Below are positions 9,572 through 18,935 of a stretch of DNA of 64,000 nt, in pieces. A program made the translations under genes and the position numbers. Numbering within the stretch: the first letter of the stretch is position 1; each line of letters opens with the position of its first letter. Under the pieces are notes generated by a model, which had not been told where the DNA came from, did no database searches, and saw nothing but the letters and a program-made list of their open reading frames with translations. The DNA lies in the NCBI GenBank assembly GCA_017416855.1, contig JAFQAZ010000022.1, forward strand, positions 41,675 through 105,674, given 5' to 3'. Origin of the DNA: Clostridia bacterium (GTDB taxonomy: Bacteria; Bacillota; Clostridia; UBA1381; UBA9506).

Positions 9572-10444
9572 CTATTGTTGTAGATATTCTTTTATGCCTG
9601 CCAGTTGCTTTTTGCACTCATCTACGCCCATGTTATAGGCCTCTTGCAAAGCGCCGGCATGTCTCTCAATGGTTTTTAACTGAATCGCCCGGGGTGGACG
9701 AATCACATAAATTTTCCCTTTTTGTTCCAAATCTCTGATTGTTGCCAACGTCTCATTATACATTGCCGGGCGATGAATCATCGTTTCAGCAAAGTTGGGA
9801 TATTTCCTGTAACTTCGCGTAATGAGCTTCTGCATACCGGCAGAGAATGGTTCCTTTTTGTATCCCTCCGGCCGCGTCCGCACCACAATCAGCTTATCAT
9901 GCCCCAACTCTTTTCCCTTCAAAACAGGAATACTGTCAGATATCCCACCATCTAAATATGGTTTGCCGTCAAGCATAACCGGTTTAGAAACCAGCGGTAT
10001 AGCCGAAGATGCCCTTAACACTTCCAGTTCTTTTAACACATCCCGAATTTCAAAATATTCCGGCTGTCCGGTTTCCATATTGGTTACCGTTGCATAAAAG
10101 CCCTTGTTGTTCTTTATAAAAGCTTCATTGTCAAATATATCGTATTTGGTTGTCACATCATAAAAGGCAAACTGCTTGTTAATCATATTGCCTGTAAAAA
10201 GGAGTGACCATAGGCTCATATACCGTCTGTCCCTGCAAAACCGCAGATTATACCGCAGCGCTCTGCCTCTTTGCCCCGAATAAAAATTAGGACTGAACAC
10301 AGCACCGGCCGAAACGCCTACAATACCATCTATATGTATGTTTTCATCCATAAAAACATCCAGCACGCCGGCGGTAAAAAGGCCTCGCATGGAGCCGCCT
10401 TCCAGCACCAGACCAACTGTTTTTTGTTTTTCATTTTCTGCCAT
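9572..10444 (-). CDS. patatin-like phospholipase family protein
   Basis: It has the GGSMRG oxyanion loop, the GVSAGA (GxSxG) nucleophile elbow, and a catalytic Asp in YLDGGISD. Confidence 0.85.
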   Translation of the reverse strand: MAENEKQKTVGLVLEGGSMRGLFTAGVLDVFMDENIHIDGIVGVSAGAVFSPNFYSGQRGRALRYNLRFCRDRRYMSLWSLLFTGNMINKQFAFYDVTTKYDIFDNEAFIKNNKGFYATVTNMETGQPEYFEIRDVLKELEVLRASSAIPLVSKPVMLDGKPYLDGGISDSIPVLKGKELGHDKLIVVRTRPEGYKKEPFSAGMQKLITRSYRKYPNFAETMIHRPAMYNETLATIRDLEQKGKIYVIRPPRAIQLKTIERHAGALQEAYNMGVDECKKQLAGIKEYLQQ

Positions 10445-10462
10445 GAGGCAACCCTCCCCTGT

Positions 10463-10858
10463 TTAATTGTTCTGAGCAGACCAAATGCATTTCTCTTCCT
10501 CTCCATTTGTCAGAGCTATATGTTTCAAATTTGAAAAATCGCCTTCAATCACAAAAGAAAATCCTCCATATCTGTTTTGAAAGCCAAACAGCAGATTCTG
10601 CTTTATGCCTACATAAAGAACTCCGTCTCTAATCTGATATGTATATCCAATATATGAAGTTGCACTGCTTGCCGTATTACCAACTATATGCACCGTTTCA
10701 TCTGTAACATGAACCGTTTCAACACACAAAATGTCAGGACTTTCACACATTTCAAAGCCAGAGAGTCTCCAACCGTACCGCGCTGTCAGAAAAATCACCA
10801 ACTGCAAAAGCAATAAAACTGATATAACAATTACAATAAGCTTACATATCTTCTTCAT
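10463..10858 (-). CDS. membrane-anchored hypothetical protein
   Basis: It has a single N-terminal TM segment (LIVIVISVLLLLQLVIFL). It is packed 18 nt upstream of the patatin gene. Confidence 0.55.
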   Translation of the reverse strand: MKKICKLIVIVISVLLLLQLVIFLTARYGWRLSGFEMCESPDILCVETVHVTDETVHIVGNTASSATSYIGYTYQIRDGVLYVGIKQNLLFGFQNRYGGFSFVIEGDFSNLKHIALTNGEEEKCIWSAQNN

Positions 10859-10921
10859 TGGTAAGTTCCTTTCAGAGACATCGATTTTTCACCCATATGT
10901 CGTTCCTTTTTTAGAAAAATA

Positions 10922-11410
10922 CTAATACTTAAAACCAAGAACCAAGCAGGCAGCTGCAACGCTTATCACATTGGCAATAAACAGCCACCAGAACATCTTG
11001 TTAAACTTGTATTTAAAAATCCATTTGACTGTAAGCCCTTCTATCAGCACATTTGAAAGCACCGCAAAAATAAAACTCATAATCACGTGGGAAGGGTGGA
11101 ATGTGCCCGTACCAAAAGGAATCATTAAAACTTCAACAATAATGCCGCTTAGCGGTATCACAACAATTCCCAAAACTGTAGAGGCTACATTCATAACAAA
11201 AGCAATCAAAACTGATTTCAAAAATGTATGTTTCAAAAAGCATTTGACAAAAACCATCTCCGTTATCAAGCCAATTAAGATGACATACCAGGTTACCATA
11301 CCCTCCATAATGTACAGAGATGGCCAAATCATATTAGCGCTTGCATGAATGGGAATCAAAAGAAATAATATCAAACAAGCCAAACTATATTTTGTTTTTT
11401 CATTCAACAT
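10922..11410 (-). CDS. integral membrane hypothetical protein (about 4-5 TM)
   Basis: The protein is hydrophobic throughout. The start was set at MLNEKTKY (11410), which has an AAAGGAG SD 8 nt upstream. Confidence 0.55.
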   Translation of the reverse strand: MLNEKTKYSLACLILFLLIPIHASANMIWPSLYIMEGMVTWYVILIGLITEMVFVKCFLKHTFLKSVLIAFVMNVASTVLGIVVIPLSGIIVEVLMIPFGTGTFHPSHVIMSFIFAVLSNVLIEGLTVKWIFKYKFNKMFWWLFIANVISVAAACLVLGFKY

Positions 11411-11473
11411 AATATTTCTCCTTTCCGCATCATCAACATCCCTGCCCATATACTGATTGTTCAGCCAAAACTT

Positions 11474-12151
11474 TTATTCGCAGCTTGCAAGAAAATTCCT
11501 GAAAATTCTCTTTTCAACAGCATTGTTATTTTCAAAGCATTTTTCAGGATGCCACTGTGTTCCAAAAAGCTTTCTTTCCTTATCTTCGATTGCTTCTATG
11601 ATGCCGTCATCAGATGCGGCAACAACCTCAAGGCCTTTTCCAAGCTTATCTATATGTCTTACGTGATATGAATTTATCTCCGCTTTGTCAGTTTGAAACG
11701 CCTCATAAACAAAAGAGTCACCTTTAATGTTCACAGAATGAACCGTTCCATAATGAGGCTTTGTTCCATCATCTGTAATGCAGTTTATGGTACCGCCGCA
11801 ATAAATATTGATAGCCTGATGCCCTGCACAGATGCCCAAAACAGGCTTATGCTGTTTAACAAAACAATCTATTGCTTTGATATCAAGAGCAAAATCATCA
11901 TGTGCCGGCGGTGGATCCATAGCCTCCCCACCGTAATATGAGGGATTCACCCTATTAAAGCTGCCCGGAATGATCAGGCCATCACACACAGAACAAAAAT
12001 CTTCCAGTTCATAAGGTGACAGAATTGCATATAAGCCTATCCCGAATTCATATGCCATCATTTCAAAATCATGATTTACATAGTGCTTAAAATTCCACAC
12101 GCTGTTTTCTTTTTTTAAATCGATATATCTTGGTAAAATCGCTAGTTTCAT
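11474..12151 (-). CDS. class-I glutamine amidotransferase / peptidase C26 (gamma-glutamyl hydrolase-like)
   Basis: It has the GICAGHQ nucleophile elbow and the WHPE His-Glu motif. The start was set at MKLAIL (12151), which has a G-rich SD. Confidence 0.8.
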   Translation of the reverse strand: MKLAILPRYIDLKKENSVWNFKHYVNHDFEMMAYEFGIGLYAILSPYELEDFCSVCDGLIIPGSFNRVNPSYYGGEAMDPPPAHDDFALDIKAIDCFVKQHKPVLGICAGHQAINIYCGGTINCITDDGTKPHYGTVHSVNIKGDSFVYEAFQTDKAEINSYHVRHIDKLGKGLEVVAASDDGIIEAIEDKERKLFGTQWHPEKCFENNNAVEKRIFRNFLASCE

Positions 12152-12315
12152 ACGATTGCCCCCCATTGAAATAATTTCTGGTTTTCTTCAGAAACATACA
12201 AGCACAGCAAAGACCACTCCGCTCTTCTCTATATATTCATTATAGTATATTCAAAATCATAAATCAATCATCTTCAAAAAAATGAAACCAAAATGTTAAA
12301 TTAACAAACAGAAAA

Positions 12316-12343
12316 AAGGCACTACCGTTTTGGGTAGTGCCTT
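12316..12343 (-). terminator. rho-independent terminator after the small lipoprotein gene
   Basis: The stem is ggcactacc / ggtagtgcc with a 6-nt loop, and a T-run follows on the minus strand. Confidence 0.6.
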
Positions 12344-12356
12344 CCTGTTCATTTCA

Positions 12357-12596
12357 TTATTCAGCTTTTGCAGAAGATGTCGCGCCGGGTGTCTCTGATG
12401 GCATTGTTGTAGCCGAAGCATCAGGAGACGCCTTGGTGTCGTCAGTAGAAGTGGAAGTTGTTGCCTGTGCAGTCGCTGAGGCGCTGGGCATTGCAGATGC
12501 ACCGGGGATGACTGAATCTTTATTCATATTGCAGCCAACCAGAGAACCGGAAACAACCGTTAATGCAAGCACGCCGAGCAATAACTTGCTTTTCAT
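12357..12596 (-). CDS. small lipoprotein with a Ser/Thr/Ala/Pro-rich tail
   Basis: The signal peptide ends in the lipobox LVGC (MKSKLLLGVLALTVVSGSLVGC), and a GGAGGAAAG SD lies upstream. Confidence 0.6.
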   Translation of the reverse strand: MKSKLLLGVLALTVVSGSLVGCNMNKDSVIPGASAMPSASATAQATTSTSTDDTKASPDASATTMPSETPGATSSAKAE

Positions 12597-12702
12597 TAAC
12601 TTTCCTCCTTAATGAAGAACCATATTATATTAACAGACGAAGCCGTCTATTAAGCCTTACTGTTTCCCCCACCTGCATCCAGTCACAACCATCATAGAAA
12701 AA

Positions 12703-12745
12703 TCGTTGTTTGAATGCTATGTTCTATTATTATGTACAAACAACG
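12703..12745 (-). terminator. candidate terminator after rsmA (large loop)
   Basis: A 10-bp stem (tcgttgtttg / caaacaacga) is followed by a T-run on the minus strand. The 23-nt loop makes it weaker. Confidence 0.4.
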
Positions 12746-12749
12746 AATT

Positions 12750-13652
12750 TTAACACTTTTTCTTTTCGTCTTTTTTCGATTTTTTCTGCACAATCTCATC
12801 TGCAATCTGTGCAAATTGCTCAATGGAAAGGGATTCTCCGCGAACCGATTCTCCCAAACCTAGCTGCACCAGAATGTCTCTCAGCTCTTCTTTGGTTACA
12901 TCCTGCCCCATCGTAGCCGAAACGCTGTTTAAGAAAGTTTTTCTGCGCTGAGCAAAGGCCGCTTTAATCAGCCGGAAGAATAACGCTTCATCCAACACCT
13001 TCACCGGCGGTTCCCCGCGGAGTGAAAGCTTAATCACCGAAGACCACACCTTCGGCACAGGCTCAAAACATTCCGGCGACACATCGCGAACCTTACTCAC
13101 CTCTGCATGGTACTGCACCGCCAATGTGATGGCACCGAAATCCTTACTGCCGGAGTCGGCCGAAAACCGTTCTGCCACTTCCTTCTGAATCATAATAACT
13201 ACAGAGGCAATACTGTTAGTTTCTTCTAACAGTTTCATCACAATGGGCGTTGTAATATAATAGGGCAGATTCGCAATCACCTTCACCGGTCGATCTCCAA
13301 AATGCTCCTTCAGCAAAGCATCTAACTCTACTTTTAAAATATCCTGATTGATAATGGTTACATTAGAGAATTCTGCCACATTTTTTTCTAAAATCGGCAA
13401 AATAGTGGTATCAATTTCCACCGCCACTACTTTTCCTGCCCGTTTGGCCAATTCGCGGGTTAACACACCCATCCCGGGGCCGATTTCCAGCACGCAGGAA
13501 TTATCATCTAATTCCGCTGCTTCCACAATATCTAAAAGCACGCTGTCATCAGTTAAAAAGTTTTGTCCCAAACCTTTTTTAGGCTTCAACCCTTCTCCGG
13601 CCAGTTGACGGCGAACCGATTGCTTTGAAAACGCTTTTTCTTTCATAATCAT
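12750..13652 (-). CDS. rsmA: 16S rRNA (adenine1518/1519-N6)-dimethyltransferase
   Basis: It has the LGQNFL motif and the EIGPGMGVLT SAM-binding loop, with KsgA-like length plus a Lys-rich C-terminal tail. Confidence 0.9.
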   Translation of the reverse strand: MIMKEKAFSKQSVRRQLAGEGLKPKKGLGQNFLTDDSVLLDIVEAAELDDNSCVLEIGPGMGVLTRELAKRAGKVVAVEIDTTILPILEKNVAEFSNVTIINQDILKVELDALLKEHFGDRPVKVIANLPYYITTPIVMKLLEETNSIASVVIMIQKEVAERFSADSGSKDFGAITLAVQYHAEVSKVRDVSPECFEPVPKVWSSVIKLSLRGEPPVKVLDEALFFRLIKAAFAQRRKTFLNSVSATMGQDVTKEELRDILVQLGLGESVRGESLSIEQFAQIADEIVQKKSKKDEKKKC

Positions 13653-14569
13653 TCACCCTGAGACTGTTCTTTCAGTTTAGCCGCTTCATCTTCAGGATAC
13701 CCAAATGACGTTAAAATGATGTTCTTAACAGCTGCCTCATCATAAACATAATACGAAATACCACTGATGGTCTTTGATGTTCCGGGTAACATATGTGTCT
13801 GCAGAGACTCTGAAGTCATTTTCTTAAGCATACCCAGATACTTTGTTCCCTCTGCAACGGTAAAGTTTGTGATTACATGCTCGTTTAACTCCTTTAACAG
13901 AGCCGGTGCTTTTGAAATATATTTCGGTTGCAGTTTCTGAGCAAACAACGCTTTCAGAAAATCCTGCTGCAAATTGATTCTGCCCAGATCCCCATTAGCA
14001 TAGGTTGCACGGTAACGCACAACACCCTCAGCATCTTTGCCGTTTAGCACCTGCAACCCCTTGTTCACATGAATGTGCAAATCCTGATATGGGTCATCAT
14101 AATGCATATTAATGGGCACATCGTATTCCACGCCGCCTAAAATATCAATCACATCGCGAAAGCCCTCAAAATTAACTTCGCAATAGTAATTGATGGGCAT
14201 TCCGGTAATTTTTTTCACAAGACCGATAATCGTTTGTTCCGGTTCTTTATAGCCCATTGCATGGTTGATTTTATCATACCGTCCGGAGGGATATTGAACC
14301 CTTGTATCACGGGGAATCGATAACACATTAATGGTGTGTTCCTTTGGATCTAACGACACAACCATAATCACATCAGCTCTGATTCTGTCCTTGTCCAGAC
14401 CCAACAACAGAATATTAGCTTTTTCAGAAGATGTTTTATCCAACATCTGAACTATTTCTTCTGCCAGATTAATGCCAAACAACACCCGTGCCGTTACCAA
14501 ACCGCCACCGATCACCGATAAAACCAAAACCGTAATCAACATCGATGCAAAAAATTTCTTAATATTCAT
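13649..14569 (-). CDS. LCP (LytR-CpsA-Psr) family cell-wall polymer transferase
   Basis: An N-terminal TM anchor is followed by NILLLGLDKD...RADVIMVVSL and SIPRDT blocks. Confidence 0.85.
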   Translation of the reverse strand: MNIKKFFASMLITVLVLSVIGGGLVTARVLFGINLAEEIVQMLDKTSSEKANILLLGLDKDRIRADVIMVVSLDPKEHTINVLSIPRDTRVQYPSGRYDKINHAMGYKEPEQTIIGLVKKITGMPINYYCEVNFEGFRDVIDILGGVEYDVPINMHYDDPYQDLHIHVNKGLQVLNGKDAEGVVRYRATYANGDLGRINLQQDFLKALFAQKLQPKYISKAPALLKELNEHVITNFTVAEGTKYLGMLKKMTSESLQTHMLPGTSKTISGISYYVYDEAAVKNIILTSFGYPEDEAAKLKEQSQGE

Positions 14570-14786
14570 TGAAAGCTGTCCTTTCGTTTAAGCAATGTCT
14601 TCATTATAAAATAAACCCATGAATGGAATATGAATAAAATATAAATTTTTCTCGAAAACTAACCCATATTGTATCATTTTTCCGATTATTTGTCAATCAG
14701 TTTAGGGAAAACCTTACAGGATTATACACCTTAAAATCATATTGCCCGAAAAGATTTAATGCTATGTATTTCTTCTGCAGCAATAA

Positions 14787-14819
14787 AACAGCACAGCAGT
14801 ATAGTCACTGCTGTGCTGT
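14787..14819 (-). terminator. rho-independent terminator after the M14 peptidase gene
   Basis: A 13-14-bp stem (acagcacagcagt / actgctgtgctgt) is followed by a T-run on the minus strand. Confidence 0.6.
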
Positions 14820-14832
14820 TGAATAAAACCTC

Positions 14833-15747
14833 TCAGGCTTTCACCAAATATAAAAGCATACTCAAATTATCGCGGTATATTTTTCCAAACTGGGAAAGAG
14901 GCAAAGGATTTTCACCCAACCCGACTTCCACCGTGAAGGCAGGAATGTGAAATTCATTAATCACCCAGTCCTTATAACCGGAGTAACTGGCCATGCCCTC
15001 TGTTTGATCCAGCTCATAGCCTGCAATTTCTGCCATCGTCTTTGCCATATGTCGTCCCCGTTCCGTACTTTGAGACTCAAAATCAAAGTAAATAATTTCC
15101 CCTTGTGTATGGTAGGCCACCACTATGTGCGGTCGAAAATCACGGGTAAAATCTGCCACAGCTTTGCTTTCCGGCTCACTCTCAGGGCAAGGACCACTGT
15201 AACGGGTGGGACCGGGGCCGAAAATGCCCAGCTTATGTTGATAAAAAACCCCTTTTTCAAAGGCCGCATCGTAATTGTGATTTAAATCAACACCGTTTAT
15301 ATTCGCCTGCCACTTGGTAAAATCGGTTTGGTCATTGTTATAGGATTTTAAACGGGTTTTCATAATGGGTGGAAGTGACTCCGGCAATCCCTCTATTGAA
15401 AGTCCCACGCCATCGGGATTGACCATGGGGCAAATCACCAGGGAAATCTCTTCAAACAGTTCTTTAAAACGTACATTTCCTATGGCTGTACCTTCGGCGT
15501 ACTGATGAGAGAATTCTTCCAGCATCCGCATTAACAACAATGATGTAATCCACTCCATGCCGTGATGCGCTCCATTTAAAAAAATCCGTTTATCCCCACA
15601 CCCCCACCGGATGGCAAGCAGCTCACGACCGCAAACCGACTGTCCTAAAGAAAACAGTTCCAGAAAAGAATATTCCTTGCAGAGCTGTTCTACGTCTTTA
15701 TGCATATTTTCATACGTATAGGCTTTTTCTGAATCGATAATATACAA
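14833..15747 (-). CDS. M14-family zinc carboxypeptidase (gamma-D-Glu-mDAP peptidase-like)
   Basis: It has the HHGMEW (HxxE) zinc site, a later His (VAYHTQGE) and a catalytic Glu (FTVEVG). Confidence 0.8.
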   Translation of the reverse strand: MYIIDSEKAYTYENMHKDVEQLCKEYSFLELFSLGQSVCGRELLAIRWGCGDKRIFLNGAHHGMEWITSLLLMRMLEEFSHQYAEGTAIGNVRFKELFEEISLVICPMVNPDGVGLSIEGLPESLPPIMKTRLKSYNNDQTDFTKWQANINGVDLNHNYDAAFEKGVFYQHKLGIFGPGPTRYSGPCPESEPESKAVADFTRDFRPHIVVAYHTQGEIIYFDFESQSTERGRHMAKTMAEIAGYELDQTEGMASYSGYKDWVINEFHIPAFTVEVGLGENPLPLSQFGKIYRDNLSMLLYLVKA

Positions 15748-15882
15748 AACAACACCGCCTTATACACTCGTTATTAACAGTATATAAATAAAATCTGACT
15801 GTTAGACTATAATTCGTTGTATAACTTTTCCATTTTTGTAAATAATAACCCATAGAATAACTTTTTAAAGGAGCGTCATTTT

Positions 15883-16602
15883 ATGAAAAAGAAAAATCAA
15901 AAAATCAGCCATTCGTCCAAAGGCAATTCAAAAGCAAAAAATGCGTCTTACATAGGCGCGTTGGTAGCCGTTGTCATCGCCAGTCTTGGTTTGATTCTGA
16001 CGGCAAGAATGCCGGATGATACGCTTTCTTCTATTCAAAACCTGTCCACACCTGTTCCCCTTCCCACCATGCCTGCCACATCATCTTTTGCACCTGCATC
16101 CTTTCCTGAGCGTGTGCTGCCTTCACCCTCTCCCACCGTTGTTCCGGAGCCGGAAGAAGCAAGCATCTCTGTTGCGGCAAAACCAGAAACTCTGCAAATT
16201 GTCTTGCCCATAGAAGGAAAAACCATCGTTCCTTTCACCGGAGAGCAGCTGACCTATTCAAAAACCTTAGAGGACTGGCGGGCGCATATCGGCATCGATA
16301 TCGCCGCTCCCTTCGAAGCTGAGGTTCGCGCCGCTGCCGATGGCACCGTGGAGCAGGCTTATCTGGATCCGCAAATGGGTTATACGATTGCAATCCGCCA
16401 CGGTGAGCTATATCAAACTCTGTATCAGAATCTGACCAATGCTGAAGTTGTCTCCGTAGGACAAGCCGTTAAAGCAGGGGACTTAATCGGTACCGTTGGC
16501 CACTCAGCTTCTTCTGAGCTGGCGGAAGAAAGCCACCTTCACTTTGCCGTCCTGGCCGGACATATTTTTCAAAATCCTATCGATTTTTTAATCATTCCCT
16601 GA
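15883..16602 (+). CDS. M23-family peptidoglycan metalloendopeptidase
   Basis: A TM anchor and a Pro/Ser-rich linker precede a C-terminal LytM domain with HIGIDI (HxxxD) and HLHF (HxH). Confidence 0.8.
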   Translation: MKKKNQKISHSSKGNSKAKNASYIGALVAVVIASLGLILTARMPDDTLSSIQNLSTPVPLPTMPATSSFAPASFPERVLPSPSPTVVPEPEEASISVAAKPETLQIVLPIEGKTIVPFTGEQLTYSKTLEDWRAHIGIDIAAPFEAEVRAAADGTVEQAYLDPQMGYTIAIRHGELYQTLYQNLTNAEVVSVGQAVKAGDLIGTVGHSASSELAEESHLHFAVLAGHIFQNPIDFLIIP

Positions 16603-16612
16603 TCAATAGGCA

Positions 16613-16650
16613 ATAAAAAAGAAGGCATTCTTAATGAATGCCTTCTTTTT
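16613..16650. terminator. bidirectional rho-independent terminator
   Basis: An 11-bp stem (agaaggcattc / gaatgccttct) is flanked by A6 and T6 runs and lies between convergent genes. Confidence 0.65.
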
Positions 16651-16669
16651 TATTGCAATCATATAGTTG

Positions 16670-17581
16670 TTATGAAAGTCTTACCTTTTCATCTTCAGCC
16701 AGCTGAGCCTGCAGGTCATTTAAGCTCTGAAAGGCTCTCTGCTCACGGATTTTATATAAAAATTCAACTTCTAAGCTTTCATCGTATACATCGCCGTCAA
16801 AACCAATGATATAGGTTTCCAAACGAACAGCGCCATCACCGATGGTAGGACTATCGCCTACATTGGTAATAGACTGATAACCAACACCGTCAATATATGT
16901 ATTGGTTGCATACACACCGAATTTTGGAATCAGCTGACCTTCAGCAGGAATCATATTGGCTGTGGGATAACCCAGCGTTCTACCCAGCATTTTATCCTTC
17001 ACAACACGATTGGTTACTGCAAAGGGACGGCCCAGTAATTCTGTCGCTTTTTCCACTTCACCATTTTCAATCAAAGCACGGATTTTTGTGCTGGAGCACA
17101 GAAAATCGCCAAAATATAAAGGCTTGATCATATGCACCAGAAAACCGTATTTCTGACCAAATTCTCTGAGCATTTTCACATCGCCTTCAGAATCTTTACC
17201 GTAATGGTTGTGAAGACCCACTACTGCAACCTTCATATTAAATTTTTCAACCAGAATATCCCGTACAAACTCCTCGGGAGAAAGGTCACGTACTGCTTCA
17301 AAATTTTCAAAGAACAAAGTATCCACATTGCAACCGGCAAGCAGTTTCTGCTTGTATTCATTGTCTGCAATCAATTTTAAGGTATTCTCGCCTTTAATCA
17401 CATTAATAGGGTGCTTGTCAAAGGTATACACCATAGAATGTAAGCCATTGTCCTGCGCAACATCTGCAAGCATTGACATAAGCTTCATATGACCCATATG
17501 AAGACCGTCAAAATTGCCCAAAGCAATTGCAGTACCGTTGCGGGATTCAATTTTGCTGTAATCATACCAAACTGTGTTCAT
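16670..17581 (-). CDS. ribF: bifunctional riboflavin kinase / FAD synthetase
   Basis: It has the GNFDGLHMGH motif and the C-terminal kinase block LGYPTAN. The start was set at MNTVWYDY (17581), which has a GGGAGG SD. Confidence 0.9.
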   Translation of the reverse strand: MNTVWYDYSKIESRNGTAIALGNFDGLHMGHMKLMSMLADVAQDNGLHSMVYTFDKHPINVIKGENTLKLIADNEYKQKLLAGCNVDTLFFENFEAVRDLSPEEFVRDILVEKFNMKVAVVGLHNHYGKDSEGDVKMLREFGQKYGFLVHMIKPLYFGDFLCSSTKIRALIENGEVEKATELLGRPFAVTNRVVKDKMLGRTLGYPTANMIPAEGQLIPKFGVYATNTYIDGVGYQSITNVGDSPTIGDGAVRLETYIIGFDGDVYDESLEVEFLYKIREQRAFQSLNDLQAQLAEDEKVRLS

Positions 17582-17644
17582 TAGAATTACCTCCCTTAGT
17601 TGTAAATATATTGTTGACTCCAACCGACTATACCGTTGGAGAAG

Positions 17645-18565
17645 TTACACTTGATAAAAGGTTTTCTCAATGGCCAGCACCGGGCCTTCTTCACTTTCAA
17701 TTACTTTTGCCAGGCACAAAAGCTCTTTTTCATCATATAAACGAAAAATCTCCCCCATTACCTCATCCTGAATCTTCAGCTGAGCCGGACGCATCCGGAG
17801 ACCGTTTTTGATTTTCGCTACAGCATGAGCCGGCACCGTCACAGCCCGATAGGCTGTTAAAACCGTTTCCGGCGGTAGTAAAATATCTGCGATCTTATCT
17901 TGTTTCATCGCTTCTTCCACCTGTTCAGGTGACACCGCATTTTCCAGTGAAAATGGCCCGCTTTGGGTTCGTACCAAGGCCGACATCACGGCACAGGTTC
18001 CAAGGCTTTTACCAATATCGTAACAGAGAGAGCGGATGTAAGTACCTTTAGAGCACCGCACCTCCATTTTAAAACTGTCTTCCGTAAATTCAAAACAACG
18101 AAGATGTTCAATAAACACCTTACGAGGTTTCCGTTCGATTTCCAAACCTTGCCGCGCCAGTTCATACAGCTTTTTACCATTCATTTTCACCGCAGAATAC
18201 ATAGGCGGCAGCTGCGAAATTTCACCTAAAAAACCACTGACTGCAGTTTCTATTTCTGCCTTTGTAGGACGCACATCACTGGTTTTTATCACTGTTCCCG
18301 TCAGATCATAGGTATCCGTTTCAATGCCTAACTGCACAGTTGCTACATAGGTTTTTGTCTTTTCTGTCAGCAAATCTGAAAGAGCCGTTGCCTTCCCTAC
18401 CAGAACCGGCAACACACCACTTGCTTCCGGGTCTAATGTACCGGCATGACCCACACGTTTTATGTTGAGCGTTCGTCTCACAAAAGAGACCATGTCATGA
18501 GAGGTTTTGCCCGTTGGCTTATAAAGATTAATAATTCCGAGCAAAACATCACTTCCCGGCATCAT
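17645..18565 (-). CDS. truB: tRNA pseudouridine(55) synthase
   Basis: It has NLYKPTGKTSHD and the catalytic GHAGTLDP motif, and shows the conserved truB-ribF order. Confidence 0.9.
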   Translation of the reverse strand: MMPGSDVLLGIINLYKPTGKTSHDMVSFVRRTLNIKRVGHAGTLDPEASGVLPVLVGKATALSDLLTEKTKTYVATVQLGIETDTYDLTGTVIKTSDVRPTKAEIETAVSGFLGEISQLPPMYSAVKMNGKKLYELARQGLEIERKPRKVFIEHLRCFEFTEDSFKMEVRCSKGTYIRSLCYDIGKSLGTCAVMSALVRTQSGPFSLENAVSPEQVEEAMKQDKIADILLPPETVLTAYRAVTVPAHAVAKIKNGLRMRPAQLKIQDEVMGEIFRLYDEKELLCLAKVIESEEGPVLAIEKTFYQV

Positions 18566-18790
18566 ATTTTCAACACATTTGCATAGACATTAATATTGAT
18601 ATAAATAGGACAACCCTCTTTATATCATAAATTTAGTTATGTTTACTTACAGTATATCATAAAATCTTCATAAAAAAAAGTATTATTTGCATAACTTTAA
18701 AAATTTATTTATAATCAAACAGATATTCTCTGTTTTTTTATGAAAAACCGCCAAAAAACCAGAAAATTATGAAAAAAACTTTAATTACTA

Positions 18791-18819
18791 TAGACTTTTT
18801 CTTTAATTAATGATATAAT
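18791..18819 (+). promoter_or_regulatory. candidate sigma-A promoter of the hydrogenase operon (extended -10)
   Basis: The sequence reads TAGACT, a 17-nt spacer, then TATAAT, with a TG motif (TGaTATAAT). Confidence 0.4.
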
Positions 18820-18841
18820 TAATTAGGTTATAGAAGTATGT

Positions 18842-18859
18842 TTGTTAATTATTTAACAT
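18842..18859. promoter_or_regulatory. candidate Rex (redox-sensing repressor) operator
   Basis: TTGTTAA-TTAT-TTAACAT matches 17 of 18 positions of the clostridial Rex consensus TTGTTAAnnnnTTAACAA. It lies just downstream of the predicted -10. Confidence 0.5.
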
Positions 18860-18935
18860 TCTGCCTCTGTGGCCTAAAAAAATATATACAAAGCAACAGT
18901 TTTTTGTTGCACAAATAATTACAAGGGGGTAATTT

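Noticed and set aside
9572-10444. The patatin-like lipase as a possible effector of a CBASS-like or other anti-phage system.
   Set aside because: No cyclase, sensor NTPase, TIR, SAVED or other defence-associated partner gene is adjacent. The neighbours are membrane or secreted proteins and an amidotransferase, so a housekeeping or envelope role is more economical.
12296-12612. Two alternative ORFs (12296-12502 minus, 12337-12612 plus) overlapping the small lipoprotein gene.
   Set aside because: Only the 12357-12596 frame has an SD, a signal peptide and a lipobox. The others are repeats of low-complexity sequence in other frames.
18566-18790. An AT-rich 225-nt stretch upstream of the hydrogenase promoter, containing a 10-codon mini-ORF (ATGAAAAACCGCCAAAAAACCAGAAAATTATGA).
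   Set aside because: It has no SD and no conservation evidence. Its composition is typical of divergent promoter regions, and I found no convincing structure.
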